In this document: in pieces, positions 26,145 to 32,000 of the stretch
Position numbering within the stretch: the stretch's first letter is position 1
Layout: the number at the start of each line of letters is the position of its first letter
Assembly: GCA_021650915.1 (NCBI GenBank)
Contig: CP091279.1
Location: 2,430,001-2,462,000, forward strand
Length of the DNA: 32,000 nt
Direction: 5' to 3'
From: Candidatus Brocadia sp.
GTDB taxonomy: Bacteria > Planctomycetota > Brocadiia > Brocadiales > Brocadiaceae
The notes under the pieces: model-generated
Database searches by the model: none
Seen by the model: only the letters and a program-made list of their open reading frames with translations
What the model was told of the DNA's origin: nothing
Program-made: the position numbers and the translations under genes

Positions 26145-26519
26145 ATGGACCGAATATTCTTTGTTATCGGCGCCCTGTCGGCAGGTGTTGGGGTGGCGGC
26201 AGGCGCCTTTGGCGCTCACGGACTGAAGAGCCGCCTGAGCCCGGAGATGTTTTCTGTTTTTGAAGTGGGTGTGCGCTATCAGATGTATCATGTCTTTGCG
26301 CTCATGGCAACTGCCTGGGCAAAGACAAGGTGGCCATCTTCACTCGTTGTCATAGGCGGATGGTTGTTCGTCGTCGGGATAGTCCTCTTCTCCGGCAGCC
26401 TTTATCTGCTGAGTCTGAGTGGGATGCACTGGCCTGGCATAGTCACGCCCCTGGGCGGAGTAGCCCTTCTGGCCGGCTGGGTTTGCCTGGGATGGGGTGT
26501 TTGGAGGCGTCATAAGTGA
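26145..26519 (+). CDS. DUF423 (YgdD/TMEM256-like) small membrane protein
   Basis: 124 aa with four hydrophobic helices and the family-typical GAFGAHGL motif followed by YQMYH. Confidence 0.85.
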   Translation: MDRIFFVIGALSAGVGVAAGAFGAHGLKSRLSPEMFSVFEVGVRYQMYHVFALMATAWAKTRWPSSLVVIGGWLFVVGIVLFSGSLYLLSLSGMHWPGIVTPLGGVALLAGWVCLGWGVWRRHK

Positions 26520-26575
26520 AGAGCGTGAATTCGTAGCGCGGCACTGCCGCAACCAATTCTCCGTTGTGAAAGCGG

Positions 26576-26690
26576 GAGATTGCTTCGGACAAGACCCTCG
26601 CAATGACACTGGCTATGTCTTTGATGACATACTGTCCGTTGTCATTGCGAGCACATTCGTTGTGCTCAGTGTAAACTCCGCGAAGCAATC
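26576..26690. repeat. Two inverted copies of a GTCATTGCGAG...CGAAGCAATC element
   Basis: The reverse complement of 26576-26607 is GTCATTGCGAGGGTCTTGTCCGAAGCAATCTC (short form). 26641-26690 is GTCATTGCGAGCACATTCGTTGTGCTCAGTGTAAACTCCGCGAAGCAATC (long form, with an internal 7-bp stem GAGCACA/TGTGCTC). The copies face each other 33 bp apart. The CGAAGCAATCTTG arm recurs in the terminator at 28180. Confidence 0.6.
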
Positions 26691-26785
26691 CTTCTCTTAT
26701 AAATAAACGGTACCTTCTGATAAGGGGTAAATAGGGTTGCGAAAAAACTTGCAAAAAAAGAAAGATTTTATACGGTAATACTATA

Positions 26786-26812
26786 GTGCGGACAAGCCGT
26801 GCTTGTCCGTAC
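26786..26812. repeat. Hairpin repeat GTGCGGACAAGC-CGT-GCTTGTCCGTAC
   Basis: Perfect 9-bp stem CGGACAAGC/GCTTGTCCG with a 3-nt loop. The reverse strand begins with GTAC. Confidence 0.5.
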
Positions 26813-26925
26813 CACCCTTATGGAATGGCTGTCATGGACCCCGGTAATGAATCACAAACTACGAACCTTGTGAGTATATCCACACACAACTCCCCTGCCT
26901 GAATGCGAGACTACACACCCCTTAC

Positions 26926-28155
26926 ATGCTCATAAAATCATTACTCATCTTTCTCCTTACCTATGTCATCATCTCTGCGCAGAAGATGAAATGGCATCAA
27001 CTGGACAGGCCATCGGGGGCATTGCTGGGCGCCGTCCTGATGGTACTCTCCGGCGTATTGACGCTGGATGAGGCGTACCGGGCAGTGGATTTTAATACCA
27101 TCTTGTTATTGCTGGGCATGATGATCCTCATTGGCTATCTGAAGATAGCGAATTGCTTTACCTATCTCTCGTATTTGCTGATCACCCACGCCAGAAACTC
27201 CTTTCTGTTGCTCTGTTTTGTATCCTTTTCCAGCGGCATCCTGTCTGCGCTGTTTGTCAACGACACCATCTGCCTCATGTTCACGCCCCTCCTGATCCTT
27301 GCCTTAAGCCAGACGAAGCTCAATCCCGTCCCGTATCTCATTGCGCTCGCAACCTCGTCCAATATAGGAAGCGTCGTTACCCTGACGGGTAATCCGCAAA
27401 ACATGCTCATCGGGGTTTTTTCGAAGATACCGTATCTGGATTTCGCCTGGCATCTCCTGCCCGTTGGCATAGCAAGCCTTATGGCCAACGTGCTTATCAT
27501 TTTCCTGCTCTTCAAAAAGGACATTACCTTTAAAAGGTTGGAACCGATTGTCCTGGCAAAACCAGCACTCGACAGAAAACTCACGGCAAAATCTCTCGCC
27601 GTGCTCTTCTGTATTCTCCTGGAATTTGTCTTTACGGGCAACCTCCCGTTATCGGCAATAACCGGCGGCCTTGCCCTGATTATCCTGTCAAGGACAAAGC
27701 CCCAACACGCCCTGGAAAAGGTGGACTGGACGCTGCTGCTCTTTTTCAGCGGGCTGTTTATTGTGGTAGGCGGCATCAATAAGGCCGGTTTTTTACCCCT
27801 GGCACATAATGCCTTTGAACCCTATCTGGGACAGACCGCATCAAGCCAGATTATCCATTTCAGCATCTTTTCTGTCCTCGCGTCCAACCTGGTCTCCAAT
27901 GTGCCCTTTGTCTTGTTGTCAGCAAACTGGATTGATACCTTTGCCGCCCCGAAAACAATGTGGTACGTGCTGGCCATGAGCAGCACGTTTGCCGGGAATC
28001 TTACCGTTATGGGCTCCGTGGCAAATATGATTGTGCTGGAGCTCTCAAAGGAACATGTTCATGTGGGATTCTGGGATTTTTTCAAGGTGGGATTTACCAC
28101 GACCGTCGTTTCCACGCTTCTTGGCATTACTTTCTTCATCCTCTTTATCCACTAA
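26926..28155 (+). CDS. ArsB/NhaD-superfamily anion/ion permease
   Basis: 409 aa with about 10-11 TM helices and permease motifs FVNDTICLMFTPL, ATSSNIGSVVTLTGNPQNMLIG and SNLVSNVPFVLL. Confidence 0.8.
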   Translation: MLIKSLLIFLLTYVIISAQKMKWHQLDRPSGALLGAVLMVLSGVLTLDEAYRAVDFNTILLLLGMMILIGYLKIANCFTYLSYLLITHARNSFLLLCFVSFSSGILSALFVNDTICLMFTPLLILALSQTKLNPVPYLIALATSSNIGSVVTLTGNPQNMLIGVFSKIPYLDFAWHLLPVGIASLMANVLIIFLLFKKDITFKRLEPIVLAKPALDRKLTAKSLAVLFCILLEFVFTGNLPLSAITGGLALIILSRTKPQHALEKVDWTLLLFFSGLFIVVGGINKAGFLPLAHNAFEPYLGQTASSQIIHFSIFSVLASNLVSNVPFVLLSANWIDTFAAPKTMWYVLAMSSTFAGNLTVMGSVANMIVLELSKEHVHVGFWDFFKVGFTTTVVSTLLGITFFILFIH

Positions 28156-28179
28156 TGCCTGGCAGCATCGTGAGCCAAG

Positions 28180-28229
28180 CGAAGCAATCTTGCCTTTTCC
28201 CGGTAAAAAGACAAGATTGCTTCGTTTTT
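28180..28229 (+). terminator. Rho-independent terminator downstream of the permease
   Basis: Perfect 13-bp stem CGAAGCAATCTTG (28180-28192) / CAAGATTGCTTCG (28212-28224), a 19-nt loop, then TTTTT (28225-28229). It starts 25 bp after the stop codon. Confidence 0.7.
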
Positions 28230-28266
28230 GAAAAATCCCAATAAAGGCGATGCTTGCCATCCGGGC

Positions 28267-28293
28267 GGGGGCCAGGTTTGAAACCTGCCCCTA
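28267..28293. repeat. GTAG-headed hairpin (reverse strand GTAGGGGCAGGTTTCAAACCTGGCCCC)
   Basis: GGGGCCAGGTTTGAAACCTGCCCCTAC, with near-perfect complementary arms around TTTGAAA. Confidence 0.55.
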
Positions 28294-28452
28294 CAAGACA
28301 ATGTTATCCATAGAGAGAATTTTTCAAAAAGCTAAATTGTTGCGAGACATTGAGCCGCCGGTTTGCAGACTTTTCTATCAGATTTTATGCAATTTATGAG
28401 TAAACAAGAACTCGTTGCGACATCGGAAAGCCATGAGATTCCCGTATCCTTT

Positions 28453-28875
28453 CTAAGCATTTTCCCGATCATGGTCATTTTCTTTGTCCTCTTCGTCATA
28501 GACATCGACGTCTTCTTCATCGTTATGGCCATCGTCATTATTGTCCCAGTGGTTATAATTTACATAATAGCCAGGCGAACTCCCCTTATTCTCAAGCCCA
28601 CCGCCCTGACACTGGTTATTAATACCGAGAAAGATGTTTTTATTGTCACAGAAGCCGGCACTTCCTATGACTTTCATGGTACTGGCGGTCTGAGTAGCAT
28701 CTGTCACCCGTATGTATCCGGCGTTCCTTTGGCCTGCAGTTTGGCCATCAATAATCGTTGCTGTTTTTAGAAAGATGTTACCAAACGTTAATCCAGCCAG
28801 GATGAATGATGTAATTATTAAAATCCTTCGCATGAATAAAGAAGTCCTGCCAAACAATAATAATTTTTGCCTCAT
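28453..28875 (-). CDS. Hypothetical exported protein with an Asp/Glu/Asn/His-rich tail
   Basis: 140 aa. The ATG at 28875 is preceded by AAAGGAG plus a 6-nt spacer. It has an N-terminal anchor or signal (MRRILIITSFILAGLTFGNIFL) and a C-terminal tail NHWDNNDDGHNDEEDVDVYDEEDKENDHDRENA. No family recognised. Confidence 0.5.
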   Translation of the reverse strand: MRQKLLLFGRTSLFMRRILIITSFILAGLTFGNIFLKTATIIDGQTAGQRNAGYIRVTDATQTASTMKVIGSAGFCDNKNIFLGINNQCQGGGLENKGSSPGYYVNYNHWDNNDDGHNDEEDVDVYDEEDKENDHDRENA

Positions 28876-29180
28876 TCGAAACTCCTTTGCGGAAAAATAT
28901 TACCGGTGAATAACTAAGATATTCATCCCAAGCGCCAAGAACATGCTGCCTCTGATCATACCCTTTCCTGAGAAAAATGCCTTTGAGGCATTATGTCATG
29001 CCTGAGAACAGAGAGAAACGTATCGCTGTCCCTTAACAAAGGCGCCGATGGGTTGATCAATCTTCTCCTTTGTTACTTTCGTTACAACACCGTTTTCGTC
29101 CGCGTTGTTCCACATCCCTTTTTTACGCATCATTACTTGCGCTTCTCTTTGACATAGTCCTGGAGAATCCTCTAAATTCA

Positions 29181-29209
29181 TTGACAAAGATCGTGCTCTT
29201 CAGTAAAAT
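29181..29209 (+). promoter_or_regulatory. Sigma70-type promoter for the 29260-31455 two-gene unit
   Basis: TTGACA (29181-29186), a 17-nt spacer, then TAAAAT (29204-29209), about 50 nt upstream of the ATG at 29260. Confidence 0.5.
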
Positions 29210-29259
29210 TTCTGTTCTGGAATTTTACCATAAAAACCCTTAACTGAGGAACCCCATAC

Positions 29260-29808
29260 ATGAAAAATTATCTTGCCAAATACCTGATTTTTGGCTCTAT
29301 CGTTACGCTTTTTTCCCTCTCTCTTTTTATGGGAAAATTAGCGCAAGGCCAGCATGCCGGCGGCGGAATTATTGATACGACCAAACAACCTGGCACATCA
29401 ACACCCAGTTTCCATCAGTCATTTGCCCCTTATGGCGGCACCATCCCAATCCCCTGGATCGATGAAAAACCCACTCCGCTCTCTATTAAAGTGACGGAAA
29501 CAATAACCTATGAAGTTCCCGTGGATGAAAAAAGATTCAATGAAAAGAAGTTAACCATTGAGGATCTTGAATTGAAGGAAGTGAAGGATAATACAGAAAT
29601 CAATTTTCATCAGGTTGATTGTCTTTTCTTCAAGACCATTAAACAAACACAGACGCGCACGGTAGAAAACCTTACTTGCGCCAGAGAAAGGGATGGCACA
29701 CAATATTGGTTGTCAGATGGCAAAAAATATGTTGAATGGGGCGCCTGGTCAAATTGGAAAGTTGAAAAAGAGGCCAAAGGCATTGAAATGGCGGAAAAAA
29801 ACCCTTAG
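29260..29808 (+). CDS. Hypothetical secreted protein
   Basis: 182 aa with RBS GAGGAA and signal peptide MKNYLAKYLIFGSIVTLFSLSLFMGKLAQG. No family recognised. Confidence 0.6.
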   Translation: MKNYLAKYLIFGSIVTLFSLSLFMGKLAQGQHAGGGIIDTTKQPGTSTPSFHQSFAPYGGTIPIPWIDEKPTPLSIKVTETITYEVPVDEKRFNEKKLTIEDLELKEVKDNTEINFHQVDCLFFKTIKQTQTRTVENLTCARERDGTQYWLSDGKKYVEWGAWSNWKVEKEAKGIEMAEKNP

Positions 29809-29862
29809 CTTTCCATGCTGTTTACTCTTCAACATAGTTTAATCATTAAAAGGAGGTCTTTG

Positions 29863-31455
29863 GTGAAGTTTGTATATCCCCTTATGCTATTGGTTGCATT
29901 ACCGACAATGCACCTTAATTTGCTTAACGCAGAGCCAACCAAAAAAGAGGCAAAAAATCTTTCTCATACCGATGAACCTTTGCCCAAAACAAAGGCAAAT
30001 GTTATAAAAAATAAGCTTTGCCCGGAATGTAGCAGGATATATCCTGGCGATGTAAACTTTTGCAGTATCGACGGCAAGGGGCTAGTAGATTTTACGGAAG
30101 AGGAACTTATCTGTCCAACCTGCAAACAAAAAGCAAACCCCGGAGAAAAATTCTGCAAAAAGGATGGGACACCACTGATCTCCAAATCTTTGCCTGATAA
30201 AACGACCTCTGTGCCTGACAAAAAGATAGAAATCAACCTTCCGCCAAATGCAACTCAGGAAGACAAGACGAAGGCCGCCATGTATCATTTCATGGAAGGA
30301 AACCGACTGCGCGAAGAAATGAATGATTTTGAAGGGGCTTTGGAGGAATACAGAAAAGCAGAGAAAATAAATCCGGAACTACCATCTCTCCATTTTCAGA
30401 TGGGAGGAATTTATTGGAAACTTGGAAAACAGAAGGAGGCATTAGCCCATCTCGACAAATGTAAGACAATATTGGAGGCACAACCGCCCGAAACGAAGTC
30501 AAGTGAAAGTTATCAAAAGACATTGCAGGATGTCAAAGTTTACATAAACAAATTAGAAAAAGGGTTAAAACCATCCGAAAAGAATCAACGCAAGGAGTTA
30601 ACGCAGGCTGAACGGGACGAAAGGATGAAAAAAGCCCTGTCTGAAAATCGGGGGAAATGGGGTGAAATGATAGTAATCCCTGCAGGAAAATTTACCATGG
30701 GCACAAAAGAAGATGAATTTATTCCTGAAGAAACACCACAGCATGAAGTGTATTTAGACACATACTATATCGATAAATACGAGGTCACCAACGCCCTGTA
30801 CTGGGAATTTTTGCAATATATCAAAAGCACCGGCGACCACAGCAAATGTTTCCCGGGTGAACCAAAAAACAAGGACCATACCCCTGGGACACCCCACACA
30901 GGATGGGATTATCCCTATTATGACTATCCTGATTACCCGGTAACCAGGGTGGATTGGTATGATGCCTATGCCTACGCAGCCTGGGCAGGCAAACGTTTGC
31001 CCACGGAAGCTGAATGGGAGAAGGCCGCCAGGGGAACTGATGGGCGCAGATTTCCCTGGGGCAATGTCTGGGACGCTAAACGAAGCAATGTCGGCCCTGA
31101 TGCGCCTTTGTCTGTTGGCAGTTTTGAATATGGGGCAAGCGTCTATGGATGCCTCGATTTAATCGGCAGCGTCTCAGAATGGTGCTACGACTGGTATCAT
31201 CCGGAATATTACCATACGAGCCCAAGCATGAATCCGAAAGGACCGGAAGCTAGCACTGGCATGCGAGTAATCAAAGGAGCGTCTTTGTTTGCACCCTATG
31301 CATATAAAATGCGCTGTGCGGTAAGAATATTTGGAAATGCTGAGGATCGAAACAAAAGCATTGGCTTCCGATGCGCGAAAGATTATACACCAGAAACCGA
31401 GAAAACGATTAAGGAAACCAGTAAACCGGAAGACAAGGGCAAGGCCGTACATTAA
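29863..31455 (+). CDS. Exported double-zinc-ribbon - TPR - FGE/SUMF1-type domain protein
   Basis: I prefer the GTG at 29863 (AAGGAGG plus a 6-nt spacer; MKFVYPLMLLVALPTMHLNLLNA signal) over the track ATG at 29815. It has two zinc ribbons (CPECSRIYPGDVNFCSIDG, CPTCKQKANPGEKFCKKDG) and a TPR-like segment (AMYHFMEGNRLREEMNDFEGALEEYRKAEKINPELPSLHFQMGGIY). The FGE-type domain carries IDKYEVTNALYWEF, PVTRVDWYDAYAYAAWAGKRLPTEAEWEKAARG, RFPWGN, SEWCYDWY, RVIKGAS and IGFRCAKD. Confidence 0.8.
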   Translation: MKFVYPLMLLVALPTMHLNLLNAEPTKKEAKNLSHTDEPLPKTKANVIKNKLCPECSRIYPGDVNFCSIDGKGLVDFTEEELICPTCKQKANPGEKFCKKDGTPLISKSLPDKTTSVPDKKIEINLPPNATQEDKTKAAMYHFMEGNRLREEMNDFEGALEEYRKAEKINPELPSLHFQMGGIYWKLGKQKEALAHLDKCKTILEAQPPETKSSESYQKTLQDVKVYINKLEKGLKPSEKNQRKELTQAERDERMKKALSENRGKWGEMIVIPAGKFTMGTKEDEFIPEETPQHEVYLDTYYIDKYEVTNALYWEFLQYIKSTGDHSKCFPGEPKNKDHTPGTPHTGWDYPYYDYPDYPVTRVDWYDAYAYAAWAGKRLPTEAEWEKAARGTDGRRFPWGNVWDAKRSNVGPDAPLSVGSFEYGASVYGCLDLIGSVSEWCYDWYHPEYYHTSPSMNPKGPEASTGMRVIKGASLFAPYAYKMRCAVRIFGNAEDRNKSIGFRCAKDYTPETEKTIKETSKPEDKGKAVH

Positions 31456-31480
31456 GAGCTATCATGTCTGTATTCCTAAT

Positions 31481-32000
31481 TTATCTATCAGGATTTGAAC
31501 CTTCATAATAGGTGGACAGGTGTTCTTCTTTGTAAATCCTGGCAAAGGCCGATTTGGCATGCTGGTAGGAATTGTAATCGTTCTGCGCGTTCACTCTGTC
31601 ACCCTTCAACTCATAGGCTTTACTCCGGCTTAAATAGGCATTGGCATAATCGTGGTCGAGGATAATCACCTTGGTAAATTCCTCTATAGCCTGATCAGCC
31701 ATTTTCTTTTTCAGATAAATAATACCTAAATTATAATGTGGAGCAACCAATTTTGAATTGGCCTCTACCGCCTTTTTGTATTCAACGATCGCCGTGTCCG
31801 TTTCGTCCATCTTATGATAAACATTGCCGAGATAATAATGAATCTTGGCAATGTTTGAACCCTGCGATAACGCCTTTCTCAGCGCTTCGATTGCATCGCT
31901 ATACTTTCCGTTTACAAAACAGGCAATTCCCAAATTCACATACGCGTCAGCATACATCGGATTTATTTCAAGCGCTCGCTTATACGCGGAAATTGATTCT
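31481..32000 (-). CDS. TPR-repeat protein, partial (N-terminus beyond the window)
   Basis: Consecutive 34-aa TPR units (ADAYVNLGIACFVNGKYSDAIEALRKAL, AKIHYYLGNVYHKMDETDTAIVEYKKAVEAN, APHYNLGIIYLKKKMADQAIEEF, ANAYLSRSKAYELKGDRVNA). The frame stays open upstream of the first Met (31957) to the window edge (…ISAYKRALEINPMYADAY…). Confidence 0.8.
   Translation of the reverse strand, partial: ESISAYKRALEINPMYADAYVNLGIACFVNGKYSDAIEALRKALSQGSNIAKIHYYLGNVYHKMDETDTAIVEYKKAVEANSKLVAPHYNLGIIYLKKKMADQAIEEFTKVIILDHDYANAYLSRSKAYELKGDRVNAQNDYNSYQHAKSAFARIYKEEHLSTYYEGSNPDR

Noticed and set aside
26340-26754. ORFs of 89, 103 and 69 aa across the DUF423 3' end and the following gap.
   Set aside because: They are built from the antisense of DUF423 and from the hairpin repeat elements. 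They have no RBS and their composition is repeat-driven.
28363-28770. 135-aa plus-strand ORF rich in I/V/F, opposite the 28453-28875 gene.
   Set aside because: It is the antisense shadow of the Asp/Glu/Asn-rich coding region, where GAT/GAA/AAT codons read backwards as ATC/TTC/ATT. It has no RBS. The minus-strand ORF has AAAGGAG and a signal-anchor sequence.
28996-29187. 63-aa minus-strand ORF.
   Set aside because: It has a TTG start, no RBS and no recognisable features. Its 5' end coincides with the consensus plus-strand promoter at 29181-29209.

Overview
All calls were made by eye from the sequence and the supplied ORF track. Family names rest on remembered motif patterns; no database or HMM search was run. 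The window has four sectors. (1) 1-10.1 kb is a single minus-strand operon with a consensus sigma70-type promoter. It encodes a type-1 copper (cupredoxin) protein, a ~720-aa cytochrome bd-like (CydA-like) polytopic membrane protein, five c-type cytochromes (10 CXXCH motifs in total, one fused to an EB_dh-type heme-b domain), and a tandem-USP protein with a PCP-reductase-like tail. This gene set resembles the accessory respiratory module I recall next to nitrite oxidoreductase genes in anammox planctomycetes and Nitrospira. Taxonomy is an inference only. (2) 10.5-17.5 kb holds housekeeping genes: glnA, a beta-carbonic-anhydrase-like protein, a YkgJ-type Cys-cluster protein, a CBS pair, a small Cys-rich protein, a Tat metallophosphoesterase, and the divergent pair MOSC + mog. 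(3) 17.55-25.95 kb is an accessory islet. It holds a DUF433/DUF5615 toxin-antitoxin pair flanked by 63-bp direct repeats and a SLATT/DUF4231-like two-TM protein. It also holds an intact ISL3 element with perfect 20-bp inverted repeats. Finally, it holds a large STAND NTPase (DUF4062-NACHT-HEAT-FGE/SUMF1) split by a second, decayed IS; excising that IS restores the reading frame exactly. The STAND + SLATT pair is my best candidate for an undescribed conflict or defence module. (4) 26-32 kb carries DUF423, an ArsB/NhaD-type permease with a clean terminator, small secreted proteins, a second exported zinc-ribbon-TPR-FGE protein, and a partial TPR gene. Several families of GTAG-headed hairpin (REP-like) repeats fill the intergenic space. 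I saw no rRNA, tRNA or CRISPR array.
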